A stretch of 31,385 nt of DNA from a virus (lineage: Duplodnaviria; Caudoviricetes), in IMG/VR virus record IMGVR_UViG_3300031857_017116, positions 1 through 31,385 of that record. One strand, written 5' to 3'. Of this stretch, positions 9,597-18,335 are shown one piece after another (the first letter of the stretch is position 1; every line of letters begins with the position of its first letter). The notes under the pieces are model-generated. The model worked only from the letters and a program-made list of their open reading frames with translations. It had not been told where the DNA came from and did no database searches. The translations under genes were made by a program, and so were the position numbers.

Positions 9597-11659
9597 AGCG
9601 CCTCATTGAATCACACCTGACGTTTGCCTCCGATTACGAAGAGGACGCCTTCATTCAGCACGTCATCGCCGAGGTGAACGACAAACGCGACCTGATGGGC
9701 GTGCAGACCACCAGCCGGGAATACCGGGTGGGATCGACGCTTTACCGCTGGGACAACTACCAACTGGCCTTTGAACAGGACTTTGAACACAGGAAGGCGC
9801 AATGCCTGCTGTTCAAGGAAACCAACCTTTCCTTGAACGTGCCGATGACACCCGTTCTCCAGCACGGCGACAAGATGGCGAACGACCTGCTGGCCTCTGC
9901 GGCCTTTTTCGGCCCGGCAGCGGAGGGCACCGAGGATGAAAACCCGAGCATCGACACCCTTATGCGCCGACTGAAGAAGCGGGCGCAGGCCATCAACCTC
10001 AACGAAACAGGCAAAAAGGCCATGCAGGGGGCCTTGATTCGAGGCCAGGAAATCACCCGGGAAGGCCTAGCTGAGGCGTTTTATATGAAGCCCGTGGTTA
10101 TCCAGGGCGTCAAACTGGACGGCAAGACGCTGAAGGACAGCCAAGGCCAGCCTGTCTTAGCCTCCGACATCTGGATAGACGACCCGGCCTATCCCGAGCG
10201 GCAGGTTTTGCAGCGTGATCCGTCCGTTTGGGCTATCAAAGGCGCGGCTCTGGAGATGGCAAAGCCGCATGTGGTCATGCAGCGCACCAGCAAGGAACCC
10301 GGCTGCGAGGTGGCCGTGATCCATTACGGGGACTTCTTCTGCCATCCAAACGCCGCCAGCATCGACGCCAGCCCGGTTAAAGGCCACGTTTTCGCCGCCA
10401 ACCCTGGCGACCTGCTGATTTCCTACGACCCTGACACTAGGATCAAAGAGACGTATGACGCCTACAAAGAGGCTATCAAGACCAACAGCCTGCCAGGCGG
10501 AGATTACGAGAACTACACGGTTCGCGCCTCCCTGAACCGCATCCGTGACGGCGAGGACGAGAACACCCAGCGCCCGGCAGACCAAAGCCCAAACCGCTAC
10601 AAGCGCAGGACATACGTTGAATGCTGGATTCGCTACGATGCCGACAACGACGGCTACGACGAAAGCATTTATGTCCTGCTGGATTGGGACGCCAAAATCC
10701 CGGTTCACTACGAATACGCCTCCATCATCCTCCCCTGGAACGACAAGGAGCACCCGCACCCCTACACTTGTCACCGTATCTGGCCCAAGCTCCACCGCTG
10801 GACGGGCCGAGGCTACTATGAGCTTCTGGACACCTGGGCCGAGGTGGCCGATAAGATGCTGAACCGCATCGAGTTCGACGCCAACACCTCCGGCAACGTC
10901 ATCTTTGAGAACCCCCTTGCCACCCAGCAGGGCATTGACGGCGGCGGCATCCAGTTCCGCAACTCCGAAGGCTACCAGCTCCGGGCAGGCTTCACGGCCG
11001 ATGATGCCATGTCCGTCAAGACCGTCCAGCCCGCCAACATTGAGGTTTTTGGGCAGCTCATGGAAAAGGCCGTGGGCCGGGCCGAGATCAGCGCCGGCCT
11101 GACCAGCCCGGCCGAGGCCAGCGTGGCCGACGTGCCCGGCCAGGACACCCTTGGCGTGGCGAAGATTCTCGAGAACACCAGCAACCAGTCTCTACGCGCC
11201 CGGGAATCCGAAATAGTGATCGGCCTGCAATCCATGCTGCGGGCATTCATCGACATCGAGCTTTACACCATCACCAACACCAAGGCAGGCATGGCCGCCC
11301 TCATGGAGCAGGTAGGCCAGGAAGAAGGGACGGCCCTGCTGGAGTGGATCAAGACGTTCCCGCAGGACGTGTCCAACGTGTTCGAGGTGTCCCTGACCAA
11401 GGCGCATTCAAGCCAGATGGTCGAAACCGGACAGGCCATTATCAACGTCCTGAACCAGTTCGCCGCCCTGGCACCGCCCATGCAAAACGCCCTAGCCCGT
11501 CAGTATGGCAACATCCTGAAGGGCATCGGCGAGCCGAATCCCGAGGAAACCCTGGCCGCCATGCAGCAGGCCTCCGTTGAAATCGCCCAGGCCCAAGCCG
11601 AGGCCGCAGCCCAGCAGGCCCAGGACGGCCAGACACAACCGCCACCACCTAACCGATGA
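9593..11659 (+). CDS. Portal protein (P22/podovirus-like)
   Basis: 688 aa with ECWIRYDADNDGYDE motif, WTGRGYYELL and a TLGVAKILENTSNQSLR helix, plus a Q/A-rich C-tail typical of podoviral portals. Lies in a structural gene context. Confidence 0.8.
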   Translation: MKRLIESHLTFASDYEEDAFIQHVIAEVNDKRDLMGVQTTSREYRVGSTLYRWDNYQLAFEQDFEHRKAQCLLFKETNLSLNVPMTPVLQHGDKMANDLLASAAFFGPAAEGTEDENPSIDTLMRRLKKRAQAINLNETGKKAMQGALIRGQEITREGLAEAFYMKPVVIQGVKLDGKTLKDSQGQPVLASDIWIDDPAYPERQVLQRDPSVWAIKGAALEMAKPHVVMQRTSKEPGCEVAVIHYGDFFCHPNAASIDASPVKGHVFAANPGDLLISYDPDTRIKETYDAYKEAIKTNSLPGGDYENYTVRASLNRIRDGEDENTQRPADQSPNRYKRRTYVECWIRYDADNDGYDESIYVLLDWDAKIPVHYEYASIILPWNDKEHPHPYTCHRIWPKLHRWTGRGYYELLDTWAEVADKMLNRIEFDANTSGNVIFENPLATQQGIDGGGIQFRNSEGYQLRAGFTADDAMSVKTVQPANIEVFGQLMEKAVGRAEISAGLTSPAEASVADVPGQDTLGVAKILENTSNQSLRARESEIVIGLQSMLRAFIDIELYTITNTKAGMAALMEQVGQEEGTALLEWIKTFPQDVSNVFEVSLTKAHSSQMVETGQAIINVLNQFAALAPPMQNALARQYGNILKGIGEPNPEETLAAMQQASVEIAQAQAEAAAQQAQDGQTQPPPPNR

Positions 11660-12003
11660 CACCCGCCGAAACAGCCCGCGCCCATGAACTGCTTGTCCAG
11701 CTTGAAAACAGCGAGGCATTCAATGAACTGATCGTCAAGCCCTACACCGAGCACGCCGCCGGGGCATTGCGCCGGGCCATCGCCGAGGCCGTCAAGCCCG
11801 CCGGGCCGGTCAAGCAGGGCGAGCCAGTCGATCCGGCCAAGATCAGGAATCCGCAGATTGTCTGCGACTGCCTCCGCGAGCACGCCCTTTACAACGAGGT
11901 TGCCACCCTGGTTTCCAGCCAGCTTGCCAGCATCCGGCAGGCCGCCGCCAAGCGCGAGGCCGCAGGGCGAAAAGACTTGCCAGAAACCACCGAACCCGCA
12001 TAA
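11656..12003 (+). CDS. Hypothetical protein (helical, portal-adjacent)
   Basis: 115 aa, ATGA-coupled to the portal, native codon usage. Confidence 0.75.
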   Translation: MTPAETARAHELLVQLENSEAFNELIVKPYTEHAAGALRRAIAEAVKPAGPVKQGEPVDPAKIRNPQIVCDCLREHALYNEVATLVSSQLASIRQAAAKREAAGRKDLPETTEPA

Positions 12004-12012
12004 TCAAGACCA

Positions 12013-12378
12013 ATGAATTTGTTCCCCGAACGCTACTACAACCCTCGCGGCGGTGATGCCGTTGCCAAGGCCCGCACGTTTGTGGAAGTGGCCTCACCGG
12101 ACACTGAAACCCTGGTTGCCGCCCCGTCCGGCACGGTTCGCATTGCCGTGTTCTCGGTCGAGATTCGCTCTGACGTGGATGCTACTGTTGTTTTCAAGTC
12201 CGGCACCACGGCCATTTCCGCCACGGAATACGTCGCGGCCTCTGGCGGCTCCAACATGGGCAGCCCTGACAACCAGATGGCCCTCTTCAAGGCCACGGCA
12301 GGCGAGGCCCTGAATGTGACCACCACAGGCACCGGCAACGTCTCTGTTTCAATCACCTACGCCATCATCCCCGGCTAA
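12013..12378 (+). CDS. Hypothetical beta-rich virion structural protein
   Basis: 121 aa, rich in T/S/A/V with beta-strand periodicity; TAATG coupling to the next gene. Confidence 0.7.
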   Translation: MNLFPERYYNPRGGDAVAKARTFVEVASPDTETLVAAPSGTVRIAVFSVEIRSDVDATVVFKSGTTAISATEYVAASGGSNMGSPDNQMALFKATAGEALNVTTTGTGNVSVSITYAIIPG

Positions 12379-12815
12379 TGGCTAACAATCTGGTCCTACT
12401 CGGCGCAGGCACAAGCGGCTCAGGCACGCTTACGCCGCCGACAGTGGCACCTGTTTTGACGGTGGACGCCGATCCTGGAAGCTCTGTTGCCTTACTTGAA
12501 TGGACAGCCAGCAATAAATCGGGCTCAGCAGGGTTTGGTTACAATGTCTATCGAGGCACAAATACACCACCTATTCCAGGCGTTGACAGCCCAGTTTTTT
12601 CAACAGGCCCAAATACATTATCTTCATCTGATAATGTCTCAGCCGCCGCAGGAGAAACATACTACTACATAGTAGTTCCATTCAACGATGCTGGGGAGGG
12701 GCCGAGTAGCAATACAGCCAGTGTTATTTTGCCGGGGGAGTCTAATCGCCTCCTGCTAAACACGGGAGGCCACGTTCTTCTCAACCAAACAGGCGACCTT
12801 TTGATTAATGGCTAA
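12378..12815 (+). CDS. Fibronectin type III domain virion protein
   Basis: Pattern L-EWTAS..GYNVYRG..SSSD..GETYYYIVVPFNDAGEG..SN is a typical FN3 signature. C-terminal LLLNTGGHVLLNQTGDLL motif. Confidence 0.75.
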   Translation: MANNLVLLGAGTSGSGTLTPPTVAPVLTVDADPGSSVALLEWTASNKSGSAGFGYNVYRGTNTPPIPGVDSPVFSTGPNTLSSSDNVSAAAGETYYYIVVPFNDAGEGPSSNTASVILPGESNRLLLNTGGHVLLNQTGDLLING

Positions 12816-14382
12816 TTCGCTCATCACAAACCTCACAGACAGGGCCACGCTTGACGGCACCGAAGAAATACCGCTCAACCTGCCGGGCACGCCGGACGTT
12901 GACCGCAAGGCCACTATTGCCGCCGTCAAGACCTACGCGCAGGCCGACCTAGGCACGGCCGCCTTTGCCGACACGGGCGATTTTGCCACGGCCGCCCAGG
13001 GCGCTTTGGCCGATACCGCCGTCCAGCCCGCCGACATCGGAACCGCCGCCGCCGAGGATGTCGGATACTTTGCCACAGCAGCGCAAGGCACCAAGGCGGA
13101 CACGGCCTTGCAGCCTGCCGAGGTGAAATCCAGCAACTTCACCGCCGCGAATGACGGGCTTTATGTCGTTGTGGCGTCCGCAACCGTCACAGACCCAAGC
13201 CCTAGCGAGGGCAAGGGATTTACGGTTGTTGTCCGCAACGGCACTGCCACCATTGGCGGCACCGGATACAGCACGGCAGGCAGCCAGATCAGGCGGCTTT
13301 TCCATTCCGGGGCCTGGGCAACCTACGTTGACGTTCTTACCACCGATTCCCGCCTCACGGACGCCAGGACGCCCACGGCCCATGCCTCCAGCCATGTCAC
13401 GGCAGGCTCCGACAAGATCAGGGACGCCAGCGCCAGCCAGGACGGCCTGATGACCACGGCTTACGCTTCCAAGCTGGACGGCATTGAGGCGGCGGCGGAT
13501 GTCACCGACGCGGGGAATGTTGGCTCTTCCATCCACGGGGCCACGGCCAAGACCACACCCGTAGATGCTGATACAATGCCGCTTATTGACTCGGCGGCCA
13601 GCAACGTCCTGAAAAAAGTCACTTGGGCAAACATCAAGGCCACGCTCCAAACGGCCTACGATGCGCTTTACTCCAAGGTAGGAAGCGTTTCCTCTTCTGG
13701 CCTGACCATGACCACTGCCCGCCTGCTTGGCCGGACCACGGCCAGCACGGGCGCGATTGAGGAACTGACGGCCACGGCGGCCACGGCCTTCTTAAACGCC
13801 ATGGTGGGAGACTCCGGCTCTGGCGGCACCAAGGGTCTTGTGCCTGCGCCGGCGGCAGGCGATGCGGCAGGAGGCAAGTATCTGAAGGCTGACGGCTCTT
13901 GGGCCACTGTTTCCGCCGGATCAACGGCATGGTCATCCGTGACTGGCAAACCGACCACCAAATGCCTGACATCCGACGTGACATCAAACAGCACCAGTTT
14001 GGCGGATGTGACGGGGCTGCCAGTCACGATCAGCGCCACAGGCACCTACAAGTTTGAGTGGGTCGGGGCGTTTACGTCCAACACCACGACTGAAGGACTG
14101 ACGATTGCCATGAATGGGCCGAGCAGCTCTTTCATTTATTTCTCCGTCGCGGTAGCCCTTTCGACCAACTACGTCAATGGCTACACGGTCTATTCATCCT
14201 GGGACACGGGTTCTGTGGTCGCTACTACCGGGGGGGCAACCGCCCGTGAGTTCCGTGTCACCGGCGTGTTCACGGCCACAAGCACAGGGACTATAGCCCC
14301 GCGTTTTTCCGCCGAAAGTGGCGGAGGCAACTCGGTTTCCATCAAAGGCGGCTCCTGGTTCACCGTCACTCCTGCCGATTAA
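12808..14382 (+). CDS. Tail fibre / receptor-binding protein
   Basis: 524 aa, A/T/S/G-rich. Chain of fibre motifs (ATAAQGALADTA, DSRLTDARTPTAHASSH, DGLMT..KLDGIE, RLLGRTTASTGAIEE, GLVPAPAAGD..YLKADGSW) followed by a C-terminal beta-sandwich head. Confidence 0.8.
   Translation: MANSLITNLTDRATLDGTEEIPLNLPGTPDVDRKATIAAVKTYAQADLGTAAFADTGDFATAAQGALADTAVQPADIGTAAAEDVGYFATAAQGTKADTALQPAEVKSSNFTAANDGLYVVVASATVTDPSPSEGKGFTVVVRNGTATIGGTGYSTAGSQIRRLFHSGAWATYVDVLTTDSRLTDARTPTAHASSHVTAGSDKIRDASASQDGLMTTAYASKLDGIEAAADVTDAGNVGSSIHGATAKTTPVDADTMPLIDSAASNVLKKVTWANIKATLQTAYDALYSKVGSVSSSGLTMTTARLLGRTTASTGAIEELTATAATAFLNAMVGDSGSGGTKGLVPAPAAGDAAGGKYLKADGSWATVSAGSTAWSSVTGKPTTKCLTSDVTSNSTSLADVTGLPVTISATGTYKFEWVGAFTSNTTTEGLTIAMNGPSSSFIYFSVAVALSTNYVNGYTVYSSWDTGSVVATTGGATAREFRVTGVFTATSTGTIAPRFSAESGGGNSVSIKGGSWFTVTPAD
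12946..13119 (+). repeat. Two tandem 87-bp (29 aa) repeats in the tail fibre
   Basis: DLGTAAFADTGDFATAAQGALADTAVQPA / DIGTAAAEDVGYFATAAQGTKADTALQPA. Confidence 0.85.
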
Positions 14383-14385
14383 ACC

Positions 14386-14820
14386 ATGAAACTCACCGAC
14401 CACATCCGACTCATCTGGCCCACGCGTCATTTCATCGCCGTTGGTGATGACATCACGTTCCACGACGGCCAGCCCATGCCGACACAGGCCGAACTCAACG
14501 CCACGCGGGCGCAGGCCGAGGCACTGTTTGCCGCAGAGCAGGCCGCCAACCAAGAGCAGCCGCAGCCTGCCCTGACCGTGCCTGGAGCGGCTTTCCTCCA
14601 GGCCATAGGCCGCACGCTTGAAATCGCTCTCAAGGCCAAAATCAACGAGATTCCAAACCTGGACACCAGGCGGCACATGATGCTTTACCTGGAATATCCG
14701 TATTTTGTGTCCAACCATCCAGTAATCGCGCAGATTGCCGCTACCATGGGCAAGACGGATGCAGAAGTTTACGCTTACTTTGAAGCCGCCCACGCCATCG
14801 CATACCCATCTGGACAATGA
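14386..14820 (+). CDS. Putative tail fibre assembly/chaperone-like protein
   Basis: 144 aa directly after the fibre gene; N-terminal IRLIWP..PMPTQAEL and C-terminal HPVIAQIAATMG..EV..YFEAA motifs resemble fibre-adjacent phage proteins. Confidence 0.55.
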   Translation: MKLTDHIRLIWPTRHFIAVGDDITFHDGQPMPTQAELNATRAQAEALFAAEQAANQEQPQPALTVPGAAFLQAIGRTLEIALKAKINEIPNLDTRRHMMLYLEYPYFVSNHPVIAQIAATMGKTDAEVYAYFEAAHAIAYPSGQ

Positions 14821-14831
14821 AAACGCATGGA

Positions 14832-14893
14832 GTAGGCCGAAATTCTAGGCAAGGAGGCTTTTTCTCCTCGCCTTACGGCCCGGAATCGGCTAC
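14832..14893 (+). other. Intergenic imperfect RNA hairpin
   Basis: gtaggccga pairs with tcggctac, enclosing aggcaaggag / ctcctcgcct. Confidence 0.45.
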
Positions 14894-14918
14894 TTGCAAT
14901 CAACCCCATTCAAACGCG

Positions 14919-15296
14919 ATGCACGTTCCCGAACCTTTCCAGACCATCATGCACGACATGCCTGCCTATGTTCAGGCCGCCATGGCAACCGGAGCCGCCG
15001 CAGTCCTGGCCTTAGCTGATGTGGCCTGGCAGGCCATGACGGGGCAGGTGCCAAGCCCGCAGGAGGCCGGAGAGTGGAGCTTCTACGGGGTGCTGATCGT
15101 GGCGGTGATCGTGCTTTTCACGTCACTGGCGTCGGTGATCTACTGGGTGGCAACCAAGGGCCTTAAAGCCTTCCAAGACCTGACGCAGGCCATGGAGAAG
15201 ATGAACGAAACACTGGACAAGCAGAACGACTACTTTGACGAGATCGCCAAGAACGCCGTCCGTTCCGCCCTGACAACCCCGCCCACAAAGGCATGA
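14919..15296 (+). CDS. Holin-like membrane protein
   Basis: Likely start at ATG14919 (MHVPEP) after an A/C-rich leader. Hydrophobic segments AAMATGAAAVLALADVAW and FYGVLIVAVIVLFTSLASVIYWVA precede a coiled coil. Lies upstream of the endolysin. Confidence 0.55.
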   Translation: MHVPEPFQTIMHDMPAYVQAAMATGAAAVLALADVAWQAMTGQVPSPQEAGEWSFYGVLIVAVIVLFTSLASVIYWVATKGLKAFQDLTQAMEKMNETLDKQNDYFDEIAKNAVRSALTTPPTKA

Positions 15297-15722
15297 ATGA
15301 AAGAGGCGTCATTCATCACCGAGTTCCAGGCCCTTGACGTGGCCGAGGGCCAGCAGACCAACCTGCTGAAGCTGATCGCTCCGTTTTCCGTCTATTCCGC
15401 CGTTCTCGACGCCATCATCACGGCCCCCGAGGGCTTTACCTTCGACGGTGAGAGCATCCCGGCATGGCTTCATGGTCTCGTCCCGCCCTTCGGACAGTCC
15501 AAGCGCGGGGCCTGCATCCACGACTACCTTTATCGGCACCACGGCTACCGGACACCCGGCGGAGACTTCCATCCCGTCACCCGAGCCCAGGCCGACGCCG
15601 TTTACAAAGAGCTTGTCCAGGCCAAGGGACTGCCCGGCTGGCGGGCCAACATCCGCTGGGGCGTGCTCCGGCTGGTAGGCTGGGCGGCCTGGCGGGCCAG
15701 CTACAAGGAGGCCCGGCTATGA
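15297..15722 (+). CDS. DUF1353 family protein
   Basis: ITAPEGFTFDGESIP..GACIHDYLY..TRAQADAVY..VLRLVGW matches the DUF1353 pattern, which is common near phage lysis genes. Confidence 0.8.
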   Translation: MKEASFITEFQALDVAEGQQTNLLKLIAPFSVYSAVLDAIITAPEGFTFDGESIPAWLHGLVPPFGQSKRGACIHDYLYRHHGYRTPGGDFHPVTRAQADAVYKELVQAKGLPGWRANIRWGVLRLVGWAAWRASYKEARL

Positions 15723-15835
15723 TCCTGGCGGCGGCAGCTTTGGGCGGCCTGGGATGGCTGCTTGGCACGGCGGCCTGCGTGTGCGTCGTGGTCGGCGTGT
15801 TCCTGCTGGTTGACAAGGGCCTGGGCGGGCGGTAG
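15719..15835 (+). CDS. Possible 38-aa membrane peptide
   Basis: MILAAAALGGLGWLLGTAACVCVVVGVFLLVDKGLGGR; ATGA overlap with the DUF1353 stop; its 3' end overlaps the endolysin promoter. Confidence 0.4.
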   Translation: MILAAAALGGLGWLLGTAACVCVVVGVFLLVDKGLGGR

Positions 15836-15838
15836 AAT
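15810..15838 (+). promoter_or_regulatory. Sigma70-type promoter, probably leaderless, for the endolysin operon
   Basis: TTGACA(15810-15)-N17-TAGAAT(15833-38)-N6-ATG(15845). Confidence 0.75.
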
Positions 15839-15844
15839 GCCGCC

Positions 15845-17572
15845 ATGCCCAAGACACCCGACAAACCCACCCTTCGCCGAGGAGACAAAGGCGAACAAGT
15901 CATGGCGTTGCAGTTCGCCCTTTCCTGGCAAAACCTGCTTGGCATCGCCAACGGCGAGTTTGGTTACAGGACCGAGGCCGCCGTTAAAGCCTTCCAGGCC
16001 AACAAGGGCCTCAAGCCAGACGGCATCGTTGGTCCGGCCACCTGGGCCGCCCTCGACGCCTTCACGGCCACGCTGGCCCCGGCCAAGCCTGCCGAGCCGC
16101 CCGCCATGGGGCTCACGTTCGCGGATTGGTTCGTGAAGATCGCCGGACGTGATCTGGGCAAGGTGGAGAAGCCCAAGAATAACATGGGCGAGTGGATCAA
16201 GAAGTTTTGGCCCTCCACGTCCTACCCCGACGGCTACGAGAACCGTGAGCCTTATTGTATTACAGGAGAAAATGAAATTCTAACGCCGTTGGGATGGGTG
16301 AGAATCGACTCCTATAAAGACGGGCCGATTGCTGTCGTAAACCCATCTACAGGAGAGGTTACTTTTGACCGCCCTCTTTCTTATATATCCAAAGAATATC
16401 ACGGAAAATGTCACCATATCAAAAACCAATGGCTCGACATTATCACCGACAGTGGGCACCGATGGTGGTCATACACAAGCTCACGTAGCAAGAACGCGTC
16501 CATATGCAAGGTGACGGACAAAAAAAGACACGCCATGATGCCCGTTTATCACGACGGGCCAGGAATCAATTTGTCTGATTCTGACATTAACTTTGCTGCG
16601 GCGTTTATTGCAGACGGCTACAAGAAAAAAAACCGAATTGAGTTTGGTGTTTCAAGGCTCCGCAAGATCGAGGCGCTGGACGCATACAACCCGAAAGGAA
16701 GGTGGATTGAAGGAAAAACGCACGGCCCAGTAACAAAAACAAAACGAACCTTTTTTTCATTCGCTATTCCTTCATGGCTTGAGGAATGTGTAAGTGTGGA
16801 CAAAGAAAAGCGCATTTCTATGCAATGGCTTTTGTCTATGACAAAAAGTCAAAAGGCGCATTTCGCGCAAAGGCTTATTTGGTGGGATGGACAGGCCTCT
16901 AGAGGCGAATTAACCGCAAAGAGAAAATCTCACGTTGATGCCGTGGCTCTAGCAGCTAGTTTAAGCGGGTTTTTGCCGACAGTCAGCAGTTATATATCGA
17001 CCTCATCTTTAAGCAAAGGCAACAGGCAGCACAGGGTAAATATTCGCCCAAACAAAAAAACGCGAGCCATTACTTATCCTCAAGATGTTGAGACGTATAT
17101 TGGCAAACATTATATGTATTGCTTTAGTGTGACAACAGGAGTTTTTATTGTCAGGGACAAAAACGGAAATATTACGCCTACTGGCAATTGTGCTGCCGCC
17201 ATGTCGTATTGGCTGGACACCACCGGCGACGAACTCGCCAAGGCCGGGATGCTGGAGGCCATGACGGGCATGAACGCCGCGCAGTTTGAGAAATGGCGCT
17301 GCCAGTCCGCCGCCGCCTTTGGCTGGCTGCCCTGGGCCAGGAAGGCCAAGGGCGTGACCGTGCTGCCGGACACCGCCGAGCCCAGGAAAGGGGATGTGGT
17401 TGTGTTCGACTTTTCGCACATCGGCCTTGTCTCCGGCGTGCCAAGAAAAGGCCGTGTCGCCACGATTGAGGCCAACACCGGGCCGAGCGGCGAGCGTGAC
17501 GGCGACGGATGCTGGCCCAAAGACCGCCCGCAGGAAGTGGCCCGTGCCTTCATTCGTTTCAGCTTCAAATGA
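15845..17572 (+). CDS. Endolysin: PG-binding_1 domain + CHAP-like amidase/peptidase, interrupted by an intein
   Basis: PTLRRGDKGEQVMALQ..GEFGYRTEAAVKAFQANKGLKPDGIVGPATWAAL is the PG-binding domain. The spliced catalytic domain reads NREPY|CAAAMSYW..GDVVVFDFSHIGLV..TIEANT (CHAP Cys/His/Glu-Asn pattern). Spliced length 264 aa. Confidence 0.88.
   Translation: MPKTPDKPTLRRGDKGEQVMALQFALSWQNLLGIANGEFGYRTEAAVKAFQANKGLKPDGIVGPATWAALDAFTATLAPAKPAEPPAMGLTFADWFVKIAGRDLGKVEKPKNNMGEWIKKFWPSTSYPDGYENREPYCITGENEILTPLGWVRIDSYKDGPIAVVNPSTGEVTFDRPLSYISKEYHGKCHHIKNQWLDIITDSGHRWWSYTSSRSKNASICKVTDKKRHAMMPVYHDGPGINLSDSDINFAAAFIADGYKKKNRIEFGVSRLRKIEALDAYNPKGRWIEGKTHGPVTKTKRTFFSFAIPSWLEECVSVDKEKRISMQWLLSMTKSQKAHFAQRLIWWDGQASRGELTAKRKSHVDAVALAASLSGFLPTVSSYISTSSLSKGNRQHRVNIRPNKKTRAITYPQDVETYIGKHYMYCFSVTTGVFIVRDKNGNITPTGNCAAAMSYWLDTTGDELAKAGMLEAMTGMNAAQFEKWRCQSAAAFGWLPWARKAKGVTVLPDTAEPRKGDVVVFDFSHIGLVSGVPRKGRVATIEANTGPSGERDGDGCWPKDRPQEVARAFIRFSFK
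16256..17188 (+). mobile_element. Intein (311 aa) with LAGLIDADG homing endonuclease
   Basis: Block A CITGENEILTPLGWVRI; block B IITDSGHRW; LAGLIDADG-like FAAAFIADGY and FAQRLIWWDGQ; block F YMYCFSVTTGVFIV; block G TGN followed by Cys+1. Visibly AT-richer than its flanks. Confidence 0.92.
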
Positions 17573-17820
17573 CCGAGGCCACCGTTGCCCGCGTTCTCTA
17601 TGAGCAAGTCGCCACCGCCGCCAAAGGCAACGACCACCACCAAGTCACCACGGTTGTCACCAGAGCCATGTGGCAGGTGTTCCTGCGAGCCTACGGCCTG
17701 CCCGAGGACGCCGAGCCCATCCAGTCCACGAACCGCCATAAGGCGCGGAGCGTGGCGGGCTCTCTCACTTTTGTCTTGGATGTCCCGGGCATGTGGGCTG
17801 TGTCACGTCTGACGTTATGA
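17569..17820 (+). CDS. Hypothetical protein (83 aa)
   Basis: MTEATVARVLYEQ...; ATGA overlaps with both the upstream and downstream genes. Confidence 0.65.
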   Translation: MTEATVARVLYEQVATAAKGNDHHQVTTVVTRAMWQVFLRAYGLPEDAEPIQSTNRHKARSVAGSLTFVLDVPGMWAVSRLTL

Positions 17821-18335
17821 GCTACAATCCCCCAAACGAGTTTTTTGGCGAGTCCCGTTCTTTCATGGAAACTTCGCCGCGTGTTGCCGTCCTGCGGTTT
17901 GTCCATCCGTCTGCAATCCTTGGAGAAGGCACGCGTGTCTGGCATTTTGCCGTGGTTCAGGATCGCGTTGTCACTGGCGAGCGTTGTTCCATTGGAAGCA
18001 ACGCCGAACTTAGCGCCGGCTGCATTCTCGGCTCAAACGTCCGCATCGGCCACGGCACCATCACCGCCCCCGGCATGAAGATCGGAGACAATGTTTTCAT
18101 CGGCCCAAACGTCACCTTTTGCGATGACGATTACCCAAAGGCCGGGAATACCGGCTATACACGCCGCCCGCCGCTAGTCATGGCCGGGGCCAGCATCGGG
18201 GCCGGGGCCGTCATCATGCCCGGCGTGACCATCGGCCAGGATGCTACCGTTGGGGCCGGGGCCTTGGTTTTGCACGACGTGCCAGATGGCGCAACCGTCT
18301 GGACAAAGGCCGAAACGATCACGCGCCAGCCATGA
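17817..18335 (+). CDS. Hexapeptide-repeat (LbH) sugar N-acyl/acetyltransferase, WxcM/WbpD/FdtC-like
   Basis: VHPSAILGEGTRVWHFAVV..IGDNVFIGPNVTFCDDDYP..GASIGAGAVIMPGVTIGQDATVGAGALVLHDVP; ATGA-coupled start at 17817. Confidence 0.85.
   Translation: MSYNPPNEFFGESRSFMETSPRVAVLRFVHPSAILGEGTRVWHFAVVQDRVVTGERCSIGSNAELSAGCILGSNVRIGHGTITAPGMKIGDNVFIGPNVTFCDDDYPKAGNTGYTRRPPLVMAGASIGAGAVIMPGVTIGQDATVGAGALVLHDVPDGATVWTKAETITRQP

Noticed and set aside
16510-17060. Homopolymer A/T runs as frameshift or phase-variation sites
   Set aside because: They lie within the AT-rich intein, whose frame is intact from Cys1 to the terminal Asn.
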